From Octopus bimaculoides (Eukaryota), in NCBI RefSeq assembly GCF_001194135.2, contig NC_068996.1, positions 36,729,141-36,774,188 on the forward strand: 45,048 bases of DNA. The letters are read 5' to 3'. Of the stretch, positions 23,126 through 33,541 are shown piece after piece. Both the position numbers and the translations under genes were made by a program. Position 1 is the first letter of the stretch; the number at the start of each line of letters is the position of its first letter. Below the pieces are notes generated by a model that saw nothing but the letters and a program-made list of their open reading frames with translations, was not told the DNA's origin and made no database searches.

Positions 23126-23928
23126 GATATATGAGTGTGGTATTATATAATTAAGTCCATTAAATATTTTCAGAAAGGCATCTCTAAGTGGATTCTAGCA
23201 GCCCTTGATGACATGAAGGTAGAATAGCAATTAATGTTTTTTAACATCCATTTTCCTAAACTAGCAAGGTTTGGACAAGGAACCCCTTCAAACAGTATTT
23301 TACAGCAAGGTGCTTTACCCATTGCCAACTCTTACTTGTTTTTAACTAAGGAGTTTCTTATAATCCAGAGGTCTTTGAAAGCACAAAGAGATTGGTCATA
23401 ATGTCAAAGAGAAATGTCAATACCAACACTGCTTTGCTCAACCAGTGACAAGCAATGGATATTAATATTCTTGCACAGTTACACACATACAACAGGCTGC
23501 CTGTAGTCAGTGTCCATTAAATTCTCTCACAAGGCATTGGGTATAATTTGGTCTAGGGCTATTACAGAAAAAGAGATTTGTCTGATGTGCTGTAAAACCA
23601 CAGGGTTAAGAAGCAAACTTATTTTTTCACTCGGCCATGTCTGTGTGTGTTTAACCAAACATAAACATTCAAAATAGATCATGGTCCATGATACTGCTAA
23701 ATAATAAAATATTAAACCTTGCAAAAATCAATAGTTTACCAATAAAGTAATTACAATTAACAGAAATTGATGAACAGGTGTATTATCATTGTTATCAGCA
23801 TAATCGTTTATTGTCTGTCTTCCCATGCTTGCATGGGTTGGGTAGTATGACAAGCTCCGATGAGCTGGAGGACTGCATCAAGCGCCAATGTCTGCTTTGG
23901 CATGGCTATTAGAAAAAAATACTTTCAA

Positions 23929-24498
23929 NNNNNNNNNNNNNNNNNNNNNNNNNNNNNNNNNNNNNNNNNNNNNNNNNNNNNNNNNNNNNNNNNNNNNNNN
24001 NNNNNNNNNNNNNNNNNNNNNNNNNNNNNNNNNNNNNNNNNNNNNNNNNNNNNNNNNNNNNNNNNNNNNNNNNNNNNNNNNNNNNNNNNNNNNNNNNNNN
24101 NNNNNNNNNNNNNNNNNNNNNNNNNNNNNNNNNNNNNNNNNNNNNNNNNNNNNNNNNNNNNNNNNNNNNNNNNNNNNNNNNNNNNNNNNNNNNNNNNNNN
24201 NNNNNNNNNNNNNNNNNNNNNNNNNNNNNNNNNNNNNNNNNNNNNNNNNNNNNNNNNNNNNNNNNNNNNNNNNNNNNNNNNNNNNNNNNNNNNNNNNNNN
24301 NNNNNNNNNNNNNNNNNNNNNNNNNNNNNNNNNNNNNNNNNNNNNNNNNNNNNNNNNNNNNNNNNNNNNNNNNNNNNNNNNNNNNNNNNNNNNNNNNNNN
24401 NNNNNNNNNNNNNNNNNNNNNNNNNNNNNNNNNNNNNNNNNNNNNNNNNNNNNNNNNNNNNNNNNNNNNNNNNNNNNNNNNNNNNNNNNNNNNNNNNN
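23929..24498. other. Assembly gap (570 N) hiding the rest of an OSBP exon
   Basis: Run of N. Other gaps lie at 3614-4226, 14135-14617, 21381-21650, 22422-22520, 22802-22811, 27623-27786 and 37175-37184. Confidence 0.99.
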
Positions 24499-24579
24499 GG
24501 TCTCCAAAGCGAGCATTTAAGGCATTCACTGTATTAACCAATTCAGTTTTGTCGGGCTGATTTTCATCGTCATCACTGT
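24499..24579 (-). CDS. OSBP: Next OSBP coding exon (post-PH acidic linker and start of coiled coil), truncated by the N-gap at 23929-24498
   Basis: Acceptor ttttttttctctactttcttttacag|AC at 24580/24579. The phase-1 G from the previous exon plus AC gives Asp. Reads (D)SDDDENQPDKTELVNTVNALNARFGD, matching human OSBP DESGDEESVSQTDKTELQNTLRTLSSKVED as recalled. It runs into the gap. Confidence 0.9.
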
Positions 24580-24714
24580 CTGTAAAAGAAAGTAGAGAAA
24601 AAAAAAAGTAACAGTAATTCTAGTTACAAAAAGTTAGTTTAACAAAATCTCAGTAAGTTTGTTGGATTGCTATATTTCAAACACTTTTGTAATGGTTTAC
24701 TAATCAATTAATTA

Positions 24715-24895
24715 TCATCATCATTTAATGTCTGCTTTCCATGCTGGCATGAGTTGGATAGTTAGACAGAAGCTGACCAGCTGAAGGGTTGTTCAGGCTC
24801 CATGTGTGTTTTGGTATGGTTTCTATGGCTGGATGCCCTTCCTAATGCCAATCACTTTACAGAGTGTACAGGTACTTTTTACGTGGCAACAACAC
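24715..24895 (-). mobile_element. Family D element, about 135 nt upstream of the OSBP acceptor
   Basis: TCATCATTTAATGTCTGCTTTCCATGCTGGCATG..GGATGCCCTTCCTAATGCCAATC. Confidence 0.75.
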
Positions 24896-25099
24896 TTATG
24901 AGCCTGCAAAATTAGGGATGCTCAGCTGGGAGGGGTTGCAAGGGATCATTACTTATATTTCTTCTATTTCAATGGGGTTTAGGCACTAGTTATTGTTATA
25001 CTAAATTAAAATACAATAGGCAGACACTAGGGGTGTAAGTGGCAAATCTCTTTTGGAGTGCTTTAGTTGAGTTCAGTCTGAAAACTTCTGACAAGCTTT

Positions 25100-25330
25100 G
25101 AAACCAGAGTCTGAACAAGGGGATATTGAGACTGGTGCACTAACAGCCTTCTACACTTCTCTAGATGCCAAATACTACCGGTAAACCTATTAGACAGTCC
25201 TCTCTCATCGTCTCCAATATCTAGGGACACCAATCAAATCTGGACCCTACACTTCCCCTCTGATTTCAATGCTCACAACTCTTATTGGTTCTCGCACTCA
25301 TTCCATACAAATGTTACTGAGACAGGAGCT
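25100..25330 (+). mobile_element. Decayed LINE AP-endonuclease fragment (CR1-like)
   Basis: 25259-25330 reads SDFNAHNSYWFSHSFHTNVTETGA, a GDFNAH-type catalytic motif followed by W. The flanks are degenerate. Confidence 0.55.
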
Positions 25331-26874
25331 ACTATAAGCAGTTGTTCAACTGGATAGAAATTAAAGCAAAACTTCACACAAGAAATTCTACCCACTTAAA
25401 AAAAAAAAAAAAAAGACAGTTATGGCTGGAGCACACATATATATAGTTCTGTTTGATCAGTACTGACTTGAGAGATAAACAATAACAGCATATGATTCTG
25501 AAAGAGAGCTGGTAAACATACATCAAATGTATATCAACTTTCCTCACTCCACAATATCAGGAATTACAAAGGCATTATAATCAAGTCATTAATGACAGTA
25601 TGTAATTACAAAGGGAAGCAGATGGAAAACTAACTGAAAAACTAACAGCTATTCCTTTTCCTGGTTATTTATTATTTATTAAAACTACTGAAGATCTTAA
25701 TACAAATTCCTTATATTTTTTATCTTTGCTATTATTTTATGGCAATGAAGAAGGTTGTGAAAAAATATCTAAAAGTAGAAGGGGGTGGGGGGAAATAATT
25801 AAAATCAGAGGCAACTGGTCCAAGTTTTCTAAATATCCAACCACAATGGGTGCATATCACTCCTTAAATCAGCCATTGAGGGAGGTGGTTGTAAATGCAA
25901 AGTAAATACTTTGAAAACTGTCTACAGTGTACTAATAGCTCTAATCATTTATTTAATCCATAGATGTTTTGGAATATCATAATTTTTTCTCATTTAACTC
26001 TTAACATACTGTACAACATGAATTCATCCAAATATATGTAACTTTCGGTTCTATACCACCTGAAACTACCTGAATCAAACCACTCTTGTTTATACTGTCC
26101 TAAAATCAGTTATGAACTCTCAAATTTAAGGGAGAAAACTTTAATCCCTTCCTCTATAATTTATTTACATTCTGTAATATGCAATATCAACATCAATGCA
26201 TATGTTGCTAAATTTTTGCAATTTATTTTCAGAATTTTTAAAATCAAAACTTGTGATGAACTGAGTATGAATGCATCGATATATTAAGAATAATTGAATT
26301 TCAAAGAAACATTTGGACACTCCAATATAATTTCTGAGTAAACTCTTAGTCTGGAGAAAATATATGTGAGTGTCTGAAAGCCAATTACCGTAAAAAAAAA
26401 AATAATGTTTGAGGACGTGCAATAAAAACTAAAAGAAAAAACTATATTATTGTTGATGAGAAAGATGTTTTAAATTACAATGCTTAACTGAGCTTGTAAA
26501 ATTTTTACCACAGAAAAATAACTTACTTTAATTGAATTTTTATCAAAATTCTTATATCAAAAATTCATTGGAAATAGAAAAGATTAAATTTAAGAAGTCT
26601 CCAATAATATATCAATACATCTAAACTGAAGGCTGTAGTATATTGTACGATACTTGTTGTTTATGATGATGATAATGATGGTGTGTGTGTGTGGTGGGGA
26701 GTAAGACTATTGTAATTTATGCATTGTAATTTCTGTGTAAAGCCACTTTTAGGAAACTTATAAAAATAAGAAACATTAATGATCACAGCCACAACTGAAG
26801 AAAACAAAGATGTATGTTAAAAAATATTAGGGATTAAATCTCATAAAACAGTGGGAGTAGGAGAGAAGGAAAAT

Positions 26875-27135
26875 TGGATGTGACTCAGTGGTTGAGAGCT
26901 CCACCACGTGGCACGGATGAATGTCTTCTGCTATAGCCCAGGGTCAATCAAAATCTTGTGAGTGGATACACAGAAACTGCAGAGTGGTTGGTGTTAGGAA
27001 AGGCATCCAGCCATAAAAACCATGCCAAAACAGACACAGTAGCCTGGGGTAGTTTTCTACCTGGTAGGCTCCTGTCAAACTGGCTGACCCATGCCAGTAT
27101 GAGAGGCAGACGTTAAATGATGATGATGATGATGA
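26875..27135 (+). mobile_element. Chimeric SINE: family C head/core joined to family D tail
   Basis: TGTGACTCAGTGGTTGAGAGC head and GTCTTCTGCTATAGCCCAGGG..CTTGTGAGTGGA core, followed directly by GAGTGGTTGGTGTTAGGAAAGGCATCCAGCC..GACGTTAAATGATGATG. Confidence 0.7.
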
Positions 27136-27164
27136 TATATATATATTATCATCATAATTTTAAT

Positions 27165-27415
27165 GTCCTTTTCCATGCTTTGTCAGGCAAAGTTTATTGA
27201 GGTAGACTTTTACATGTTTCCCTACAAAGTAATATTTCCCCATGGCAAGACATGTTCTCAACATTCTGCATGCATGCATGCATGCACACACACACACACA
27301 CATGAAGGACTGCTTTCCATTCCCGTTTATGAAATTCACTCACAAGTTTTGGTCCAGGGCAATAATGGAAGACACTTGCCCAAAGTGCCACACAGTGGGA
27401 CTGAACTCAGAAGTA
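27165..27415 (-). mobile_element. SINE with family C head/core and E tail (deleted)
   Basis: Reverse-complement homology to the 447-690 and 30450-30715 elements. Confidence 0.65.
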
Positions 27416-27444
27416 ATCATCTTATAATACAGGTATACCTGTAT

Positions 27445-27500
27445 TTATGTGTGTATGTATGTGTGTATGTGTGTATGTATGTATGTATGTAATTGAGTAT

Positions 27501-27554
<54 letters not shown>
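27445..27554. repeat. (TGTA)n/(TG)n microsatellite
   Basis: Seen directly. Confidence 0.95.
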
Positions 27555-27556
<2 letters not shown>

Positions 27557-28559
27557 TTTTATTTATGCCAAGTTATATATAAAAACAATTTAACATTAAA
27601 CTGTGTATTAAACTTTTATAAGNNNNNNNNNNNNNNNNNNNNNNNNNNNNNNNNNNNNNNNNNNNNNNNNNNNNNNNNNNNNNNNNNNNNNNNNNNNNNN
27701 NNNNNNNNNNNNNNNNNNNNNNNNNNNNNNNNNNNNNNNNNNNNNNNNNNNNNNNNNNNNNNNNNNNNNNNNNNNNNNNNNNNNNNAGAAAGAGAGAATT
27801 GAGAAATATATTTTGTAAATTTATCTTCAACATGTATAAAATTGATGATAAACAATGAGGAATTGGTGATAAGAAGCCATGCCTGATTATTTATATTTTA
27901 AAGTTGTTTTCTTTTTTTTTTTTTTTTATTATACCTATTTTGTTTCAGGCAATACATGTTCTTATATACATGTCATTTGTTCTTTTGATAGAAATACACA
28001 ATTCATGTGTGTGCTTAACATGCACAGCAACTTTGTCAATACAAGTGTGAAAATAAGATAACTCCTATTTAAATAGAGTTGGTCACATTGTAGTTAATCC
28101 AATCTCATCCTTTAAATCCATCAGTATTGATGGCTTAATAAACATAATGTTCTTTAGTACTTTGATAAATCTAAGAGCATTAAACATAAGAACCACTGTA
28201 TTCTCAACTTCCTTTTCGTCATGCTTATTTATACTATCCATAAATTGCTACCTTTGGCCTATTATAGTGATGTGACTAAGAGATTAAAAGCAACACCAAC
28301 GTTAGCTCAGCCAGGTCCAGCCAACATTATTGATGGTCAATTGTTGCTAGTGCTAATGTCCTCAATGATCAGCACTGTCTGTTTGAAACATTGTTATATT
28401 TCAAAGTGAAATTGACTTTTATTTTGCTAAAAAACAATCAAAACACTTTTTTTGTATTTTAATGAGTTATTCTGGAGAAGAGGGGCAGAGGTTATAATCT
28501 AGGCCCCACTATAGATATCTAGTTGAGTTTATTAAAGATAGCAATATTTAATGGGACTG

Positions 28560-28800
28560 ATTAACAATAATGTTGCAGGTTAAGAACTGAAGAGAAAAAC
28601 TGAGACAGTGAGAGGAGGTGAGGCAAAGTGTTTAGAGAGCAATTTAGAGAGTAAAATTTAATAGAGGTTACAAAGGAGAAGATGTGGGTGAAATAAATAG
28701 GTAGAACAGAAGTTGCACCAGAACAGAGCATTAATAGTTGTTTTAGTAGAGGTAACAGAAACAGTGCAGACATATTTCAAAAGTAGAGAAAATGATTGGA
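28560..28800 (-). mobile_element. Possible highly decayed LINE RT N-terminal remnant
   Basis: SVTSTK...SGATSVLPIYFTHIFSFVTSIKF...LPHLLSLSQFFS weakly echoes SVTPIPK..SNYRPISLL..LNHLES..LLS. The similarity is weak. Confidence 0.3.
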
Positions 28801-30196
28801 GGTTATTGATAAATGAAAGCTTAAAAATCAGGTAAAAATGGACTTTCTTTACACATGCAATAATATAGTTTAATGTGTATACATATTAGATGTACTGTCT
28901 CAGTGTTCTAAGATAGGGTTTACTAGAGGAAAAAGAGGATGTTGATGATAAAGGCAATGATAATGATAATAATCATTATGGTTCCTCTTAGGCAGAACAT
29001 GTAAGGAACAAAACTTTAGTCTACTGAATTGTGATGATGATGATCATCATCGCCACCACTGGTGCCACTGCCGCCACTTAACACCTAAGTTTCATACTGA
29101 TATGGATTGGACAGTTTGACAAGGTCTGAAGAAATGGAGGACTGTGTCATGCACCGGTGTCTCCTACTCTGGCATAATTTCTGTGGATGGATTCCTTTCT
29201 TAACACAAACCCCTTTATAGAGTGTACAGAGTGCTATTTTTTTTTTTTGTGATATCATTTTATTGGTATTTTTTATTTCATCAAAAACCTTTGGTTTAAA
29301 ATAACAATAATGAAAAAGTTCACAAAATTAACATTCCCTAAAAATACTGCCTCAAAAATAGCACCCATGAAGACTGGGAATAAAACTACAAGAAATAATT
29401 TTATTCTTAGCACCCATCTAGACTGCTGTAAAAGTGCAAGGAATCTGAAAATATTTTAGCAGCCCTAATATTAATAGTATAACCAAACTTTTTACGGTTG
29501 CCAAACTCTGAGAAAATACATGAAAACTAGTTAACCAAGACAAATATAGCAAATTTAGAATGTCAGAAAGTAGCTGACCATTTTGCTTCATACCCTCCAG
29601 TCTTGGCTAATTCTGAATAAATTTTGTAAATTTAGAATGCCAGAAAATAACTGACCATATTGTATCAAGCCCTCCGGGTTGCAGCCAAGTCTACATTTAG
29701 ACACATGATTGGGATGGTGGTTATAATCAATGAATGATACTATCAGATAAGACAAATTGTACAGGTATTTGCTAAAACAGCAACATTCTCAACAACTGAG
29801 TAGGAAATTAATGTAAGCCATCTATGTTATTATTGGAATATGAGAGAAGATGTTTCTTTCACTTGTGGCAATAATTAAACTTAAAGAAGACTGAGAAATT
29901 GCTGGATGTATAAAGACCAAAAGACAGAAGCGAATGGCTGAGACAGATGAGTGATATCTATATAATGTCAGAAGCATTAGAAGTGGTGGAACAAAGAAAA
30001 ATCAAAAGTAGAATGGACAAATAATTTACCCATTGGGATGTGGGGTGGGGTGGAGCTATGATAGAGATGTTTAAAAACAATTTTATAAAAATTATTTTCT
30101 GATGCCAGCCCCAAATTTAAAAAATCCTCTGTACTTTAAAAGTCAACAAGTCCTTAATACGACATCATTATTGATTTAATTATCTTGTTTCTGCAC

Positions 30197-30227
<31 letters not shown>

Positions 30228-30449
30228 CCTTAGAATAACATATCTGGTCCTAGCTTGACTAATAGCCAATGGCTATATTACATCAACAATTCACATCCAT
30301 TTTGCATGCAAACATTTTAAAGTAAAACAGGGAAAACTTCCTTTTCGTATGCAAATATTTTGCACCCTGGTCATCATCGTTACAGTAGAAATATAATTAA
30401 ATATCAGTTGCTGTATTGTTCCTGTAGCATCTTCTATTGTAGCCTCAGG

Positions 30450-30715
30450 ATGACCAAAGCCTTGGGAGTAGATTTGGTAGGCAGAAACTGAAGGAAACTT
30501 GTGTGTGTGTATGAGAGAGAGAGAGAGTCTCCTTGTCTTGACATTGCATGATGATTAACAATGTCATAAAAGCAGTGTAATTCATTTCTAATGTCTGGCC
30601 ATGTGGAAATTTTACCTTGCTTGGAAACAAGTGAGGGTTGGTGAACAGGAAGGGCATCTGGCTTATTAAACTAGATACAATCCATGCAAGCATGGAAAAG
30701 TAGAAGTTAAAATGA
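30450..30715 (+). mobile_element. SINE with family C core and E tail
   Basis: GACCAAAGCCTTGGGAGTAGATTTGG core, then TTACCTTGCTTGGAAACAAGTGAGGGTTGG..GGAAGGGCATC..CCATGCAAGCATGGAAAAG. Confidence 0.75.
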
Positions 30716-30734
30716 CTAAGGAACTATATAGGCA

Positions 30735-30870
30735 ATTATTTACATTTGACAGATATTTGTTTTCATGTTGTTTGTTGTTAACATTACATTTCGGCTGATA
30801 TACCCTCCAGCCTTCATCAGGTGTCTTTGGGGAAATTTCAAACCTGGGTTCTCATTCCTGAGGTAATATA
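30735..30870 (-). mobile_element. Second, truncated copy of the hammerhead-tail element
   Basis: High identity to 37055-37174. Contains CTGATGA-A-GGCTG-GAGGGTATAT-CAGCC-GAAA (30789-30820) and lacks the tRNA head. Confidence 0.8.
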
Positions 30871-32820
30871 GAACTGTATTAGGCAATTATTGTCATTTAG
30901 CCTCATCATCATCATCATTTAACATGTGTTGTCCATGCTGGCATGGGTTGGACAATTTGACCAGGGTTGGTAAGCTGAGGGGTTGCATTAGATTCCAGTC
31001 TGAGTCTGGTGCAGCCCCTTTATTTTTTTTAAAAGTCTCTTGAGTAAATATATTTGTCTTTACACTCCTCTATACTAATTTTTTTAGGGGAGTGGTTATT
31101 TATATACATAGCCTCAGGTCAGTTGTAATTGAGTAGACCTTATGATTCAAGCTATTACAACTGTGATCATCCCAACATTTTGCATATCAAATACAGTGCT
31201 ATCCAACATGCCCTTCTTTTTCTAATATAGAAAAATGTGACTTGGAGATTTGGTTGATATTTTTGGCAGGTTGAGTAGCCACATAGAGACTCTCTCATTT
31301 GCTTTCATACATGCTGGTGGTTTGATTAGCCATGTACACCAAATTGCACAGAATGATACAGTGTTTTCTATGATACAGTGTCTTCTACAGAGACAGGACT
31401 ATGTAAAACTTCTTTGATTTGTAAGCTATGCTTGGCACCACCTTCAAAGATTTTAATGAATCATGTTGATCCTGGCACTTGTTTCAGTTTGGAACTTATT
31501 TTGTCTCTTTATTTGTCAAATGGCTTAGTTACTTTTTGACATAAAGGAGCACAAATTAGTACACCAGTACATATAGACACACAATGAGCTTCTACAGTTT
31601 CCAATTTACCAAATTTCACTCATACAGCATTGGTCAGCCTGAGTCTACAGTAAAAGACACTTGCCAAAGTGTGATACACAGCAGAATTAAATGTGGAACA
31701 CCAACATGGTTGCGAAGTGAAATCTTAACCACAAACCTATGTCTGAACCTCCATCTCAAAAGATTTTTATTCTTCCTTACAATATTTTACTCTCACAACT
31801 ATATTGAATATAGTTAGTATAGGCATGTTTGTGTAGTTAAGAACTTCACTACACAATCGTGCAATACTGAGTCTCATTTCACTGCATGGCACCTCAAGTA
31901 AGACTCTCCTATCATAGTCTCACATCAGCCAAAATCTTTATGAAAATCTGATACAGAATCTGCTATAGAAGTCTGTTGATTGAACTGATATATAGATATT
32001 GACTGATTTATATAGATGGTCAAATAGACATGGTATGATACTGACAGGTCAGATTCATATCCCGTCATATAATTTGTATCGTAAGCTGTAATACTTAACT
32101 GTCAAACTGGCTCAGTATTTCACCTACCAGTAAATAGATACCAAATGCAATCACTGCCGAAAGGAAGACAATGATAAACCATTTCATGATAAACTCCAGA
32201 GGAAGACATTGATAAACCATTTCTAATACATTTGGAAAGCCTTGTGGACATTGATATCCACAAGAGATCTCCAGGCGTCAGAACTGATTTGATGGATTCC
32301 TCTAGCTGCTGAACATGAACATTTCACAAATATATATGAAAGAACAAGTTTTTTTTAGAGTGGGGGAGGGGGTCTCAAGAGTGCACATGTGGGAATGTGT
32401 GCTTGGCTGTGCATGAACAATAAAAAGTAAGGCAGGGAGAGTCAATGAATGTGTGTGAGCTTGTATGCACACAAGCCACACAACATACACATACATACAT
32501 GCTTGCATACACACAAAACACACACATATACACATACACAATGTTTCTCCAAGGTTTATAAATTGATGGATGAGGTCCATAGAGTCAATTAAATGAGTTT
32601 TAACTTAGATTGCAATATTAACCGACTTTCTAACAAACAGCAGTCAATCAATCATTAAGTTTAATCAACCAATTCCACAATCTTCTATCTTTTACTTTTT
32701 TCAGTCATTTGGAGCACTGCTGGGGCAACACCTTGGAGAATTTATAGTTGAATGAAAGAAGTTTTAAAATAGAATAGAAACAATCTAAATAGCAACAACA
32801 ACAACAAAAATGTAAAATAC

Positions 32821-33026
32821 CTGATTCCAAAATTTGAATAGCTTTGGCTTTGGCTAATTCAAGAGCTGTCACCCATTTCTGACGTTCTACTTCAGAACTA
32901 GCTCTTAGGTGAAAGCTTTGAGTACCTCCATTTGTAATAACAAAGGTGCATGAGTCTTCAGTATGAATAAAGGCATTGGCCAAGTTTATTGTACCCCGAC
33001 ATGTATGGGCCATTTCGGCCTGAGTC
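32821..33026 (-). CDS. OSBP: Internal coding exon of oxysterol-binding protein (OSBP/OSBP2-like), PH domain
   Basis: Translates as (R)TQAEMAHTCRGTINLANAFIHTEDSCTFVITNGGTQSFHLRASSEVERQKWVTALELAKAKAIQILES(D), closely matching the human OSBP PH domain as I recall it (SKAEMRHTCRGTINLATANITVEDSCNFIISNGGAQTYHLKASSEVERQRWVTALELAKAKAVKMLAES). Minus-strand acceptor ttttattcttgcag|G at 33027/33026 and donor TCAG|gtattt at 32821/32820. Length 206 nt (1+204+1), phase 2 in and phase 1 out. Confidence 0.96.
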
Positions 33027-33324
33027 CTGCAAGAATAAAATATGAAGACACTATGAGTTAAGTGTAAAAAAATAATGCAACACAAAAATATAAATTAATA
33101 ATTCAGGACAGTATGTTCTGTGGTTTCCAAGTTTGATGGAATACAAAATTAAAAAAAAAAAATCCTTTACTTGTTAAACATGTAAAGGTTGCTAAGAGTA
33201 AGAGCATCTGATCATAAAATACTGTCTCAAATAAATATCTCTCCAACTCATGCCAGCATGCAAAAACAGATGTGATGTAAAAACCAACAAATGAATTTAT
33301 TTTAAAAACACAGCCATTTTTGCT

Positions 33325-33541
33325 TTAACCCTTTAGCATTTAAACCAGCCTAATCTGGCCAAAGTATTCTACCTGCTTTATGCATAAAGTGGCCAGATTT
33401 GGCCTATCACACCAACTCGATAATGTCATTCTAAAAATTAACAATTACCTCATCAAAATCTCAAAACTACAAATGATGAATGATTAATTCAAAATAATAG
33501 CATTAATTTTGACAGAAAAAATTTGAATGCTAAAAGTTTAA
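33325..33541. mobile_element. piggyBac-like MITE
   Basis: TTAA at both ends, with TIRs TTAACCCTTTAGCATT and AATGCTAAAAGTTTAA. Homologous to the copies at 36788 and 40841. Confidence 0.75.

Larger units (their letters stand above)
24580..32820 (-). other. OSBP intron (8241 nt, GT-AG, phase 1)
   Basis: Bounded by the donor at 32820 and the acceptor at 24580, with compatible phases. No intervening OSBP-like exon seen; a 164-nt gap lies inside it. Confidence 0.8.

Noticed and set aside
23173-23217. Plus-strand 45-nt AG..GT segment reading KGISKWILAALDDMK
   Set aside because: Weak donor (GTAGAA), no homology and no supporting neighbouring exons.
23860-24541. Long ORFs spanning N runs (also at 3603, 14049-14659, 21237-21771, 27509-27855)
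   Set aside because: They are open only because N codons contain no stops. The exception is the frame of 23909-24541(-), which overlaps the true OSBP exon.
32705-33085. ORF-track 126-aa protein taken as a whole
   Set aside because: Only 32821-33026 is exon. The flanks are intron (polypyrimidine tract, donor, and a SINE tail remnant).
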